A DNA stretch of 64,000 nucleotides, from NCBI GenBank assembly GCA_041665605.1, contig JBAYIO010000005.1, forward strand, positions 20,641 through 84,640. The letters run 5' to 3'. This stretch comes from Victivallaceae bacterium. Its GTDB lineage: Bacteria > Verrucomicrobiota > Lentisphaeria > Victivallales > Victivallaceae. The notes under the pieces are model-generated. The model was not told where the DNA came from. It saw nothing but the letters and a program-made list of their open reading frames with translations, and searched no databases. The position numbers and the translations under genes are program-made. This document shows positions 46,064-56,553 of the stretch, piece by piece (position 1 is the stretch's first letter; every line of letters starts with the position of its first letter).

Positions 46064-47221
46064 TTATTCCTGGTTATGCCCGGTTTCCGGTTTCTCTGCG
46101 GTGGTTTGATCCAGCTCGGTTGTTTTGCGGTGGTCCTGGTATACGGCATACTGAATCAGGCTCATGAACAGCAGCATCAGCATCGCCTGGGAGAGAATCA
46201 CCATGTCGATTTTGTAATCACCCCAGAGCAGCGGCAGAACGCTGAGTCCGATGATCAGGGCCATCAGATGCACCATCTGGACGGCGCGTTTCCGGCTCAT
46301 GCCCATTTTTACGAAACGGTGCGAAAGATGATTATGATCCCCGATGTATATGGGTTTGTGGTGGTAAAGCCGGATTACAACCACGGAAAAGGTGTCGAAC
46401 AGCGGGATTGCCAGGATGAACAGCGGGATCAGGATTGGAAAACGGGTAAGTGAATAATCACGGGAGAAGTAAGTGACGCTGGCGCTCATTACCGCCAGCA
46501 GATACCCCAGCAGATGGCTGCCGGAATCGCCCATGAAGATAGTTGCCGGGGAGTGGTTGAAAAACCAGAATCCGACACAGATGCCGCAGGTAAGCGCTCC
46601 GAATACGGCGATAAAATATTGGCCGTTCATGGCGGCTACGGCGGTGAAAAGCGCCATTGCGATTGTAACTGTTCCCACCGCCAGCCCGTCCATGTTGTCA
46701 AAGAAATTGATGGCATTGATCAGCAGCATGATCCAGAACACCGAGATGCACCAGATGACGGCCGGGTTGTTGAAAAATACGCTTATTTTGATGCCGCCTA
46801 AAGAAACGGCGACGGCGGCAATGACAAACTGGCCGAGGAACTTGGTGCCGGCGTTGAGCGCAAATTTGTCATCGAGCAAGCCCAGCGCCGTGGCGAGAAA
46901 TGCGCCTAGGCATATAAAAAACACTCTGCCTCCGACATAATTTACGCCGGAGATGTTATTGCCCAGGTCTTTGGAGACCGTTCCGGAATTGAACGCGTTA
47001 ATTGCGACATAACCCAGAATGATCGCGAGAATCCACGCTGAAAACATTGCGGCGCCGCCCAGCAGCGGAGTAGCCTTGGCGTGTTTTTTGTGGTCTTCGC
47101 ACTTGGGGCGGTCCATGAAATCAGTCTTTTCAGCGATTTTCTGAAAAACCGGAGTAAAGCCCAGCGACAGTACTGCACCAAGAAGAAACACAAACAAGTA
47201 AAGGTGCTGCCATAAAATCAT
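46064..47221 (-). CDS. polyprenyl-phosphate sugar-1-phosphate transferase (MraY/WecA family)
   Basis: Multi-TM protein with the NAINFFDNMDGLA motif and the MGDSGS block. Confidence 0.85.
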   Translation of the reverse strand: MILWQHLYLFVFLLGAVLSLGFTPVFQKIAEKTDFMDRPKCEDHKKHAKATPLLGGAAMFSAWILAIILGYVAINAFNSGTVSKDLGNNISGVNYVGGRVFFICLGAFLATALGLLDDKFALNAGTKFLGQFVIAAVAVSLGGIKISVFFNNPAVIWCISVFWIMLLINAINFFDNMDGLAVGTVTIAMALFTAVAAMNGQYFIAVFGALTCGICVGFWFFNHSPATIFMGDSGSHLLGYLLAVMSASVTYFSRDYSLTRFPILIPLFILAIPLFDTFSVVVIRLYHHKPIYIGDHNHLSHRFVKMGMSRKRAVQMVHLMALIIGLSVLPLLWGDYKIDMVILSQAMLMLLFMSLIQYAVYQDHRKTTELDQTTAEKPETGHNQE

Positions 47222-47345
47222 TTAGATTCCTTCGTATTTGTTTTTACTTTCACATTGAAAAATGCGAAAGTTTCAGTATTCTTAAATCCATTAGTATTTC
47301 TACTATAGCAGATATTGTTTAATTTAAAAATAGAAGATTATAATT

Positions 47346-48293
47346 ATGAGATCACAATATGTGTTCGGCCCGGTTGCTTCCAGGCGGCTCGGGATATCGC
47401 TCGGGATTGATCTGGTGCCGTCTAAAACCTGTTCGCTGAACTGCGTTTACTGCGAAGCCGGTGAAACCGATGCGCTTTTACTGGATCGCAGGGAATATGT
47501 TCCGATCGACGATGTTCTGACACAGCTCGAAAAGGTGCTGGAGTCAAACATTAAAATTGATTATCTGACTTTCTCCGGGGCCGGGGAGCCGACGCTGAAT
47601 TCCGGGCTGGGACGGGTCGTTGATTTCATCAAGTCCCGCTATCCGCAGTATCCGGTCTGTCTGCTGACTAACGGAACCCTGCTGGGCGATCCGCAGTTGC
47701 AGCGGGAGATTGAAAAAGTTGACCTGGTGATTCCTTCGCTGGACGCATCCTCGCAGGAGGAGTTTGAAAAGATCAACCGCCCGGTTAAAGGACTGGATTT
47801 TGACTCATTATGCCGGGGGTTGTTCGAATATGGCCGGAAGCGCACTTCCAAAGTATGGCTGGAACTGTTTATTGTTCCCGGTGTAAATGATTCGGACGAG
47901 TCTATCGCGAGATTTGCCGGAATTGTCAAAGCCATTAATCCGGATAAAGTTCAATTGAATACTCTGGACCGTCCCGGCTGTGTTGACTGGATCAAGCCTT
48001 CTTCGCGCGAAAACACGCTGCGGTTTGTCCGGGCGCTGGAGCCGTTTGTGCCGGTGGAGGCCGTCGGCCCTTTCAGATACAAGAGCGCCGCGCTGCGGTC
48101 GGATGTCAGGCTTGAGGAATTTGATCAGAAGATAATGGATCTGGTGGGCCGCCGCCCCTGTACTGTTGACGATTTGCGGGTGGCCCTGGGCGCCGATGAG
48201 AAAACGGTGAAGGCGCATCTCGACATTCTGCTGCGTTCCGGCAGGATTCAATCCGAGCGGCAGCCACGTGGCGATTTCTTCAGTCTCGCCTGA
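47346..48293 (+). CDS. radical SAM protein with a C-terminal winged-helix-like domain
   Basis: CSLNCVYC (CxxxCxxC) plus FSGAGEPTL. There is no second Cys cluster (no SPASM domain). Confidence 0.85.
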   Translation: MRSQYVFGPVASRRLGISLGIDLVPSKTCSLNCVYCEAGETDALLLDRREYVPIDDVLTQLEKVLESNIKIDYLTFSGAGEPTLNSGLGRVVDFIKSRYPQYPVCLLTNGTLLGDPQLQREIEKVDLVIPSLDASSQEEFEKINRPVKGLDFDSLCRGLFEYGRKRTSKVWLELFIVPGVNDSDESIARFAGIVKAINPDKVQLNTLDRPGCVDWIKPSSRENTLRFVRALEPFVPVEAVGPFRYKSAALRSDVRLEEFDQKIMDLVGRRPCTVDDLRVALGADEKTVKAHLDILLRSGRIQSERQPRGDFFSLA

Positions 48294-48349
48294 AACCGCG
48301 GACACAACAGACACAACGGACATACAAGTCCATGCAGGCTGATAAATAA

Positions 48350-49027
48350 ATGACAGTTAAAAAAGAAGAATTTGTGGTATGGGCCGGCTGCACCAGGGAC
48401 AAGGTGCTGCACGATGGGCAGACTTTAACTCCGTCGGCCGGGTGGATTTTTGTGGAGAGCGGGGATGCCGGATTGACGCGCCGCCTAAAGGCCGACGGGG
48501 ATTACTGGCTTATGGTGCATCGCCGCCGCAATCGCATTGAGGCAACCGGACTGTGGGTTTCCGCTGAAGCAGTGAAGGCGGTTAAGTCCAGGCTGGAAGC
48601 GGAACGCTCCGACCCGGCACATTTGAAAAAACTGGAAGCGGGTAAAAAATACCGCGAGTCGAAACAGGAAAAATATGAAGTTGAATTTCGCAGTGCGGTT
48701 TTGTCCTTTCTGGCATTTGCCGGAAAATGGTCCGCGTTTGCGGAAACGCTTGCCGATGCCGTGACGGTTCATGCCGTACCTGTCGGCAGCGGCACCGTCG
48801 CCAGAACGCTGCGGATTCCGCTGGAACGCCGGGCGGAAGCGGCGGTGATTGCCTGGATGCGTCATCAGACGACCGCGTATGACAATATGTCCATTGCCCG
48901 CATCAAAGGCGAACGCCGCGAAGTCCGCCGCAAACTTGCTGAACGTTCACGCCAGCTCCTGAGCAAATACCGTTCCGGCGAAGACGTTGATACAACGCTC
49001 TGCCCGTTGGCAAAAGTATTGAAATGA
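48350..49027 (+). CDS. hypothetical protein, DUF2293-like C-terminus (tentative)
   Basis: ARTLRIPLERRAEAAVIAWMRHQTTAYDNM resembles the recalled DUF2293 pattern (R.P...R....V.A.IRH..T.YD.L). Confidence 0.45.
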   Translation: MTVKKEEFVVWAGCTRDKVLHDGQTLTPSAGWIFVESGDAGLTRRLKADGDYWLMVHRRRNRIEATGLWVSAEAVKAVKSRLEAERSDPAHLKKLEAGKKYRESKQEKYEVEFRSAVLSFLAFAGKWSAFAETLADAVTVHAVPVGSGTVARTLRIPLERRAEAAVIAWMRHQTTAYDNMSIARIKGERREVRRKLAERSRQLLSKYRSGEDVDTTLCPLAKVLK

Positions 49028-49169
49028 TGTCATTCCTTCCGGCAAAAATCAACATGCTCATTGCTATTTTCCTTGGATTTGCCGTGATTACCGGCTTTGG
49101 GGCTCTTGTTAAATGGCGTACATGGTGTATTTTTTATTCATAAATTCAGAAATCAGAAAGGATTGTTAT

Positions 49170-49742
49170 ATGCATAAAAGTCTGTTGATCGCGGCGGCGC
49201 TGGCTGTCGTTTTTTTTGCCGGCTGCGCCAGAGAAGTGATTGTTCCCGAAGTGCTTCAGCAGACGGTGAACAGCAAAGTCTATACTAAATGCAATCTGTG
49301 GTATCAGAACCCGGAGAAAATGTCCTGCGTCAATATTCAGAAAGGCAAGTTCATCCCGTTCGGCTCTGAAATCGAGATTGTCGGCGCGACTGAGCGCAAG
49401 GTTGTCTTTAAAGACATGAATGGCATTCAGTATACGATCAAGTTTGATGATTCGCTGATGATGGTTCCGGTTGAAACTTACATCCGGCAGATTTTTACCT
49501 TGTCTGATAAAGCTGAACAGACCAAAGACCTGGACCCGGCAGTTGTCGGCAAGCTTGAAAAAGGCATCGTCACCGCCGGCATGAACCGGCGCGACGTTTT
49601 GCTGGCATACGGAACTCCGGCGGCATTCAGAACCCCGACGCTGGAAAACAGCACCTGGATTTACTGGGTTGATGATAATTCAACGATAAGAGTGGTTTTT
49701 CGTGCCGATAAAGTTAAAACTATCTTAAATTTTAATGACTGA
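49170..49742 (+). CDS. lipoprotein
   Basis: Start moved to ATG 49170 ([19 protein letters not shown] lipobox), preceded by AAAGGA. Confidence 0.6.
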   Translation: MHKSLLIAAALAVVFFAGCAREVIVPEVLQQTVNSKVYTKCNLWYQNPEKMSCVNIQKGKFIPFGSEIEIVGATERKVVFKDMNGIQYTIKFDDSLMMVPVETYIRQIFTLSDKAEQTKDLDPAVVGKLEKGIVTAGMNRRDVLLAYGTPAAFRTPTLENSTWIYWVDDNSTIRVVFRADKVKTILNFND

Positions 49743-49771
49743 AAAATAAATATCCGGAAGAGCAAAGAATC

Positions 49772-50713
49772 ATGAGTAAAAAAGCAATTCTTGTTACAGG
49801 CGGCGGCGGTTTTATCGGTTCCCATCTGTGTGATCGTCTGCTTAAAGACGGTCATGACGTGATCTGCGTGGACAATTTTTACACCGGCTCGAAAGACAAC
49901 ATCCGCCATCTGCTTGCCCACCCTGATTTCGAACTTATCCGTCACGATATTACCATGCCGCTGTTTCTTGAGGTCGATGCCATATACAATCTGGCGTGTC
50001 CGGCGTCGCCGGTCCATTATCAGAACAATCCGATCCATACCACCAAGACCTGTGTGATGGGCGCGATCAACATGCTCGGGATTGCCCAGCGGCTTAAAAT
50101 CCCGATACTTCAGTCTTCCACTTCGGAGGTGTACGGCAATCCGCTGGAGCACCCGCAGAAGGAGTCTTACTGGGGCAACGTCAATTGCATCGGCCTGCGC
50201 AGTTGCTACGATGAAGGCAAGCGTTGTGCGGAAACGCTGTTTTTTGACTACAACCGCCAATGCGGAGTTCAGATCAAAGTGGTGCGCATTTTCAACACTT
50301 ACGGTCCGAGAATGCTGCCGAACGACGGGCGCGTGGTCAGTAATTTCATTGTCCAGGCACTGAGCAATCAGGACATTTCCATTTACGGCGACGGCTCCCA
50401 GACGAGAAGTTTCTGCTACGTTTCCGACCTGGTTGAAGGTCTGGTCAGAATGATGGATACGCCTTCGGAAATTACCGGTCCGATCAATCTCGGGAATCCC
50501 GGCGAGTTCACCATGCTGGAACTTGCCGATCTGGTGATCGAGATGACCGGTTCGAAATCCCGCAAGGTTTTCAAGCCGCTTCCCCAGGACGACCCGTCCA
50601 AGCGCAAACCCGATATAACACGGGCCGGTGAAGTTCTCGGCTGGAAACCGACCGTTCAGCTTCGTGAAGGGCTCCAGAGAACAATCGACTATTTTATTTC
50701 CAGAACGAAATGA
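49772..50713 (+). CDS. UDP-glucuronate decarboxylase (UDP-xylose synthase)
   Basis: [33 protein letters not shown] and [10 protein letters not shown] blocks. Confidence 0.9.
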   Translation: MSKKAILVTGGGGFIGSHLCDRLLKDGHDVICVDNFYTGSKDNIRHLLAHPDFELIRHDITMPLFLEVDAIYNLACPASPVHYQNNPIHTTKTCVMGAINMLGIAQRLKIPILQSSTSEVYGNPLEHPQKESYWGNVNCIGLRSCYDEGKRCAETLFFDYNRQCGVQIKVVRIFNTYGPRMLPNDGRVVSNFIVQALSNQDISIYGDGSQTRSFCYVSDLVEGLVRMMDTPSEITGPINLGNPGEFTMLELADLVIEMTGSKSRKVFKPLPQDDPSKRKPDITRAGEVLGWKPTVQLREGLQRTIDYFISRTK

Positions 50714-52110
50714 TTACTGAACTTTTTACTTTACAGGAAATCGCGCAGGCTTCCGGCGGGCAGTGGCACAAAAAACCGGCATCGCTGGTAAGCATTGCCG
50801 CAGTGAAGACAGACTCCCGCGAGGATTGCTCGAACGCGCTTTTCATCGCCTTGTCCGGTGAAAATTTTGACGCCCATGACTTTCTGCCGAAAGCGGTTGC
50901 CGCCGGGGCTGCGGCGCTGTGCATCAACCGGAAGTTTGCCGGCCGGCTCGACCCTGCCTGGCAGATCCCGGTGCTGCTGACTGATGACACGCTCCTGGCT
51001 TATCAGCAGCTTGGCGCGTTTCATAAAAATCGTCTGAAAGGGCTTAAAACCGTAGCGGTGACCGGCAGCATGGGCAAAACCAGCGTCAAGGAAATCATCC
51101 GCTCGATCCTGGTTGCCGCCGCCGGGCCTGATGCAGTCCATGCGACAGTCGGCAATACCAATAATCAGGTAGGAGTGCCTCAAAATCTGCTTGCGCTGAC
51201 TGCTCAACATAAATATGCCGTAATCGAAATGGGAACGAATCATCACGGCGAAATAGAACCTTTGAGCCGGTGCACCCGCCCGGATGTCGCGGTTATAAAT
51301 TCAATCGGCCCCTGTCATCTGGAGCATTTGCACGACCTGGACGGCGTTGCCAGGGAAAAATCGATGATTTTAGCGCATCTGAATCCCGCCGGAACGGCGG
51401 TTATTCCCGATGTTTCCAGCGGGATGCAGATTATTGAGGCGGCTGCCGCCGGATTCAACACAATGCGTTTTGGAACTACCGCGGCGGCGGACGTCAGGGC
51501 TGCCTACCTGGGCGGAAAACTGCACGGCAGCGCCCTTGAACTTACTTTCAAATGCCTGAATAACCAGTCCCGCCGCTTCGAGTGGCTGCTTTCCGGAGCC
51601 CATCAGGCCGCGAATGCCGCCGCCGGAGCATGCGCCGCGATTGCGCTGGGAATTGATCCCGACTGCATTGTTGCCGGACTGAAAAATTGCGTCCTGCCGG
51701 GCATGCGCATGAAAATCAGCGAGAAGAATGGCGTTACCTGGATCAATGACGCTTACAACGCCAATCCCGGCAGCATGCTGGCCGCGCTGCACTGGCTGAA
51801 TGAATTTGCCGAGCAGGACAAGCTGGTACTGGTGCTGGGCGATATGCTTGAACTGGGCAATGCCTCGCATGATGAGCACAAAAAAGTCGCCGCCGCCGCG
51901 CTGAAATTATTCCCGCGGGCTGAATTTTTCTTCGTCGGCGGCGGAATGGCCGCCGCGCTGAGTGAACTCAGGCCGGTCGCGGCTGTCATTGTCTGTGAAG
52001 ATTCCGCCGAGGCCGCGAAAAAAGTTGAAAGCGCCCTGATGCCTGGAAAGATGATTCTGCTTAAAGGTTCACGCGGGGTCCACCTGGAAAAGGTTGAACC
52101 GCAACTATGA
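50710..52110 (+). CDS. murF: UDP-N-acetylmuramoyl-tripeptide--D-alanyl-D-alanine ligase
   Basis: [13 protein letters not shown]-loop, NNQVGVP and DAYNANP blocks. Its ATG overlaps the upstream stop (ATGA). Confidence 0.9.
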   Translation: MITELFTLQEIAQASGGQWHKKPASLVSIAAVKTDSREDCSNALFIALSGENFDAHDFLPKAVAAGAAALCINRKFAGRLDPAWQIPVLLTDDTLLAYQQLGAFHKNRLKGLKTVAVTGSMGKTSVKEIIRSILVAAAGPDAVHATVGNTNNQVGVPQNLLALTAQHKYAVIEMGTNHHGEIEPLSRCTRPDVAVINSIGPCHLEHLHDLDGVAREKSMILAHLNPAGTAVIPDVSSGMQIIEAAAAGFNTMRFGTTAAADVRAAYLGGKLHGSALELTFKCLNNQSRRFEWLLSGAHQAANAAAGACAAIALGIDPDCIVAGLKNCVLPGMRMKISEKNGVTWINDAYNANPGSMLAALHWLNEFAEQDKLVLVLGDMLELGNASHDEHKKVAAAALKLFPRAEFFFVGGGMAAALSELRPVAAVIVCEDSAEAAKKVESALMPGKMILLKGSRGVHLEKVEPQL

Positions 52111-53576
52111 AACCGGTAAATGAATATTTAGATTGTCTGAAACCCCTTGTCACCCATGTCCGGCTGGCTTCGGAACTGTTGATTTCCGGAGTTACCAATG
52201 ATTCGAGAATGGTCGACAGAGGTTCGCTTTTCGTCGCCATCAAAGGCGCGGCTGCTGACGGTCACCGCTTTATTGAAACGGCGATTAAAAAAGGCGCTTC
52301 GGCCATAATTTATTCTTCAACGCTGGATAAATTCATTCCCGGCGTGGATTACATTCAGGTGAAAGACACATATTTCGCCTATGCCCTGGCGATGGAATGT
52401 TTTCTCCGGTTTCCCGCCCGCGAACTGACGCTGCACGGCATTACCGGAACTAAAGGCAAAACCACTACGGCGTTTGTGCTGGAAAAAATTATGACTGAAA
52501 GCGGCAGGCGCTGCGGTTTGATCACTACCGTCAAATACGCCGACGGCAGGAAAGTGCAGGAGGCGGCCAGGACCACGCCGGAAGCCGGCGAACTTCAGAC
52601 ATTGTTCCGGAACATGGCGGACAACGGCTGTACCGATGTGATCATGGAAGTGTCAAGCCACGGACTGGATCAGCACCGCACGGGCAGCGCCCGCTTTAAA
52701 ACTGCGGTATTTACCAATCTCACCGGCGACCATCTTGACTATCACCTGAATATGGAGAACTATTATCAGGCGAAGAAACTGATGTTCACCGAATATCTGG
52801 CTGAAGACGGCGCGATGATTGTCAATACTGACGACCCTTACGGTGAGCGCCTGTTCAAAGAGTGCGGCGCCGGCCGCCGCGATTTGTCTTTCGGCAAAAA
52901 ACAATCCTGCGCCTGTCAGATAAAGGATATTCAGCTTTCCTCGCTGGAAACAATCTTTACATTGCGTTTCGAAGGAAAGGATTTTAATTTCAGAACTAAT
53001 TTAATTGGCGAACATAATATCTATAATCTCACCGGCGCTTTTCTCGCCGCGTATGTGTCCGGGCTTGACCCGGCAGAAATTGCCGCAACGATCGGAACCA
53101 GGATTAATATTCCCGGGCGGCTGCAGCAGTTTGTTTCCAGATCCGGCGTAAATTTCTTCGTGGACTACGCGCATACCGACGATGCGCTGGTGAAAGTGCT
53201 GACCATTTTAAAAACTATCGCCACCGGACGCATTATCACGGTTTTCGGGTGCGGCGGCGACCGGGACCGCACCAAGCGGCCGCGCATGGGGGCTGCCGCC
53301 GCGCAATATTCCGACATGGTGATTCTGACCAATGACAATCCGAGGACCGAAGACCCGCTGCGGATCATCGAAGAAATTAAACTCGGCATTCCGGAAGGCA
53401 CGCTGTTCGTGGAACAGCCGGACCGCAGGCAGGCCATTCTGCTTGCCGCCGCCAGCGCCAGTCCCGGCGACATCGTGCTCGTTGCCGGCAAGGGCCACGA
53501 AAACTATCAGGAACAGAACGGCATCCACACTCACTTCGACGACCGCGAAGTTGTCGCCGAAATCTGCGTTTGCTGA
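52107..53576 (+). CDS. murE: UDP-N-acetylmuramoyl-L-alanyl-D-glutamate--2,6-diaminopimelate ligase
   Basis: GITGTKGKTTT, EVSSHGL, DYAHTDDAL, GCGGDRD and NDNPR blocks. Its ATG overlaps the murF stop (ATGA). Confidence 0.92.
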   Translation: MKPVNEYLDCLKPLVTHVRLASELLISGVTNDSRMVDRGSLFVAIKGAAADGHRFIETAIKKGASAIIYSSTLDKFIPGVDYIQVKDTYFAYALAMECFLRFPARELTLHGITGTKGKTTTAFVLEKIMTESGRRCGLITTVKYADGRKVQEAARTTPEAGELQTLFRNMADNGCTDVIMEVSSHGLDQHRTGSARFKTAVFTNLTGDHLDYHLNMENYYQAKKLMFTEYLAEDGAMIVNTDDPYGERLFKECGAGRRDLSFGKKQSCACQIKDIQLSSLETIFTLRFEGKDFNFRTNLIGEHNIYNLTGAFLAAYVSGLDPAEIAATIGTRINIPGRLQQFVSRSGVNFFVDYAHTDDALVKVLTILKTIATGRIITVFGCGGDRDRTKRPRMGAAAAQYSDMVILTNDNPRTEDPLRIIEEIKLGIPEGTLFVEQPDRRQAILLAAASASPGDIVLVAGKGHENYQEQNGIHTHFDDREVVAEICVC

Positions 53577-53691
53577 AGACTGCAAAAAATGAACTATTCA
53601 AAATTGCCAGGCGGCTGTATCCTGATTTCTATCCTTTAAACGATATGAGAATATCCTGTTGCTGCTGAATCAATAAAAATTGCCTGATTTC

Positions 53692-54504
53692 TCAAAATGA
53701 GATTTGTTGTTTTCTGAACTCGGCTGGTGAATAGTTTGTTGTCTCCTTGAACGCTCTTGAGAAATGATATCTGTCTAAAAATCCAGTCTCCGTGGCGATA
53801 TCGTCGAGACTTTTATTAGTCAGGTGCAGCAGGATTGATGCTTTTTCAATCCTTTTTCTGCGGGAATATTTCTGGGGGGTGATCCCGAGCTCCTTCGCGA
53901 ACAACCTTATGAATCCGTTCACGGACATTCCCGCATTTTCAGCCAGTTCTTCGTTTGGCACAATTGTTGAGGTTTTTTTGTTGAGTGTATCCAGTGCCGC
54001 TTCGATTAATGGTGAACATCTTTTCAATCTTTTGAATTCGCTGTCTTTGATTTTTAGAAGCATGGAGCATACTACCGCGTGGGTTAACAAGCTCAGGTGG
54101 ACAGAACTCAGTACGGCCTGGCTGGGAATAAGAGATCGAATCATTTCTATTTGCTTTATAACAATCTCGTCGGCCGGGAAGAAATAAATTTTCGATTTGA
54201 TCTGATCGAAAGGTACTCCTGCGGTGAAATGAAGAAAAAAATGATTGAATGGCAATTTAAGTTCGGTGGAGAACAACGTCTCCGGCGCGATCAGACAGAA
54301 TTCTGTCGGTTCCAGCCGGTGTTCAAAATAACTGGTGCTTATAATAGCTCCAGCAGTGTTGTTCCAGTATAAACACCAGTATGAGTTGAAAATATTTTTA
54401 TAGTTCCACGTAGTTATCCCATAGCGATAATCACACCGCATGATTTTAATATCAGGATCATGACATTTATCCATGATAAATAGGCTCCTGTTTGAAATAT
54501 ACAC
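53692..54504 (-). CDS. AraC family transcriptional regulator
   Basis: C-terminal HTH pair (LAENAGMSVNGFIRLF...ATETGFLDRYHFSRAFKETTNYSPAEFR). The start codon is uncertain. Confidence 0.8.
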   Translation of the reverse strand: MYISNRSLFIMDKCHDPDIKIMRCDYRYGITTWNYKNIFNSYWCLYWNNTAGAIISTSYFEHRLEPTEFCLIAPETLFSTELKLPFNHFFLHFTAGVPFDQIKSKIYFFPADEIVIKQIEMIRSLIPSQAVLSSVHLSLLTHAVVCSMLLKIKDSEFKRLKRCSPLIEAALDTLNKKTSTIVPNEELAENAGMSVNGFIRLFAKELGITPQKYSRRKRIEKASILLHLTNKSLDDIATETGFLDRYHFSRAFKETTNYSPAEFRKQQISF

Positions 54505-54604
54505 AAAAACTTACATAATATCCATTTCATTTTATATCTTTCAAGCGTATAATCTATATAGTACATAAAATTTTATGAATTAATAACAAGGTACCGGATT
54601 AATT

Positions 54605-55759
54605 ATGAATAATTCGATAAGCAAGCATGAATTCGATGGACGAATAGCAAATACACAAAAATTAATGTCAAATGATAAATTTGATGCTATCCTGGTATTT
54701 TCCACAGAGTCCGAGCCTGCCGGGGTGCGGTATTTTGCGGATTACTGGCCGAGTTTTGAAACTACCGGGGTATTGATTCCCAGGGAAGGGGCTCCGTCAT
54801 TGCTGATCGGCCCGGAAAGCATGACTTACTCAAAAGCTCATTCCAGGCTGGAAAACATCATCCGGATGAAAGATTTCCGGGAATCGTCCCAGCCGGATTA
54901 TCCGGGTTCGAAACTCGCCACCTGGCAGGATATACTGAGTCAGCACCGGATCGGCAAACTGGGTATTGCCGGATGGCACATGTTCCCTTATGCCATTATG
55001 AAGAATATTGCGGATGTCATCGGCCAGGATAATATTTCCGACGCCGATAATCTTATCCGGCAGGTTACGCTGAAAAAGAGCCCGGCGGAACAGGAATGTC
55101 TACGGCGTGCGGCTAAAATATCTGAGCTGGGATTTAAAGCGGTACTGGAGAATATCCGTCCCGGCATGACTGAAATCCAACTGGCCGGCATCGCCACAGC
55201 CGCCATGTTGGCTTCCGGCGCGGAAGCGACCGGGTATCCGATATGGTGCTGCAGCGGACCTAATTCGATTCAGGCGATCAGCCGTCCGACACATCGCAAA
55301 GTACAGACTGGAGAAATCATTCATTTCAGCGTCGGAGCCAAAGTAGATGGATACAGCGCCAGCCTGGGCCGTCCGATTGTGCTGGGCAAATGTCCGGAAG
55401 CAATAAAAAGTTTCCTGCAAGTCGGACTCGACGCTGAAAATATGACTATCGGACTGATGAAAGCCGGGACCCCTGCTTCGGATGTAGCCAGGGAAGTTCA
55501 TGGCTTTATCACCGGAAAGGGTTTCGGCCATGCCATTCTCTACGGACCGGCGCACGGTTGCGGACAGATGGAATGCGAATTCCCGTTTGTTGAAACATCT
55601 TCAACGCTGGTGCTGGAGGAGAATATGACTTTCATGGTGGATATTTTTCTGGCGGAGAAAAATATGGGATTCCGCTGGGAAGATGGAATAATCATCAGGA
55701 ATGGAGCGGCGGAAGAACTTTCATCATATAAGAGACAGTTGAACATTCTGGAGATCTGA
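54605..55759 (+). CDS. M24-fold (creatinase/prolidase-like) protein with a degenerate metal site
   Basis: Creatinase_N-like N-terminus plus pita-bread C-terminus (GEIIHFSVGAKVDGYSASLGRP, AHGCGQMECEFP, FMVDIFL, FRWEDGIIIR). In a by-eye alignment both canonical Asp ligands appear as Ser. Confidence 0.75.
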   Translation: MNNSISKHEFDGRIANTQKLMSNDKFDAILVFSTESEPAGVRYFADYWPSFETTGVLIPREGAPSLLIGPESMTYSKAHSRLENIIRMKDFRESSQPDYPGSKLATWQDILSQHRIGKLGIAGWHMFPYAIMKNIADVIGQDNISDADNLIRQVTLKKSPAEQECLRRAAKISELGFKAVLENIRPGMTEIQLAGIATAAMLASGAEATGYPIWCCSGPNSIQAISRPTHRKVQTGEIIHFSVGAKVDGYSASLGRPIVLGKCPEAIKSFLQVGLDAENMTIGLMKAGTPASDVAREVHGFITGKGFGHAILYGPAHGCGQMECEFPFVETSSTLVLEENMTFMVDIFLAEKNMGFRWEDGIIIRNGAAEELSSYKRQLNILEI

Positions 55760-55761
55760 AG

Positions 55762-56553
55762 ATGATCATTGACATTCATGGACATCTTGGCAATATCAAT
55801 CAGGCGCCGTTCTGGGCGGCAGATGCGAAAAAGCTGGAGGTATACTGCGACGAGGCCGGCGTTGATCTGCTTTGCCTGTCCTCGTCAAAGTCTTTGATGT
55901 ATGATACCAGTGAAGGCAATGCTGAACTGGATGCGGCATTAAAGCAGTCCCGAAAACTGCTTGGCTATGTCGTGGTAAATCCGGTATTTCCGGAAACTGC
56001 TCAGGAATTGCATCTGCTGGAAGAGAATCCGAAGTTTTGCGGGGTAAAAATCCATCCGGACTATCACGGTTATGATCTTGCTTCGCCGTCGATAATAAAA
56101 TTTCTTGACGGGATTGCAGATAAAGTAAAACTGATGCTGGTCCATGTCTCATGCATGCCAGGAACCGGTTTTGCCGATGCGGTCAGAGCGGCAAACTTCG
56201 CCAGGCGTCATCCGGAAACAAATTTTGTATTGGCGCACATGGCAGGAATCTACCAGAACGGGCACTATCCCTATTTCCCGAACCTTCAGGGCTGCGAAGA
56301 AGTTGCCGCGATGAAGCTGGAGAATGTCTATATTGATACAGCGCACTACCTGATGTATGTCTATCCCGGGGTAATGGCAAGAATGGTCGAACTGGCCGGA
56401 GCCGGCCATATCGTTTTCGGAACTGATGTTCCGCTGCAAGGACCGATGCAGATGAAATTTGCGATTGAAACCATTCAAGCTTTAAATATATCCAATTCCG
56501 ATAAGGAAAAAATACTATGCGGCAATGCAAAAAAAATACTGAGTCTGAAATGA
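55762..56553 (+). CDS. amidohydrolase-2 family metal-dependent TIM-barrel hydrolase
   Basis: The MIIDIHGHLG start, internal HPDYHGY and VLAHMAG blocks, and FGTDVP near the C-terminus. Confidence 0.8.
   Translation: MIIDIHGHLGNINQAPFWAADAKKLEVYCDEAGVDLLCLSSSKSLMYDTSEGNAELDAALKQSRKLLGYVVVNPVFPETAQELHLLEENPKFCGVKIHPDYHGYDLASPSIIKFLDGIADKVKLMLVHVSCMPGTGFADAVRAANFARRHPETNFVLAHMAGIYQNGHYPYFPNLQGCEEVAAMKLENVYIDTAHYLMYVYPGVMARMVELAGAGHIVFGTDVPLQGPMQMKFAIETIQALNISNSDKEKILCGNAKKILSLK

Noticed and set aside
47346-48293. The radical SAM protein as the anaerobic sulfatase-maturating enzyme for the 15083-16510 sulfatase
   Set aside because: It has only the single CxxxCxxC cluster and no SPASM/twitch Cys clusters. 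At 315 aa it is shorter than anSMEs, it ends in a winged-helix-like domain, and it lies 31 kb from the sulfatase.
49054-49143. 29-aa hydrophobic small ORF (MLIAIFLGFAVITGFGALVKWRTWCIFYS) between 48350-49027 and the 49170 lipoprotein gene
   Set aside because: It has no Shine-Dalgarno sequence and is too short to evaluate without conservation data. It may be a real membrane micropeptide, but I cannot support that from the sequence alone.
49661-50260. 199-aa minus-strand ORF
   Set aside because: It is antisense to the UDP-xylose synthase gene, which has canonical GxxGxxG and YxxxK-type blocks.
50549-50560. tRNA T-loop-like GGTTCGAAATCC
   Set aside because: It lies inside the UDP-xylose synthase coding sequence, has an extra A relative to GGTTCGAATCC, and has no flanking acceptor or anticodon stems. 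I found no tRNA anywhere in the intergenic regions.
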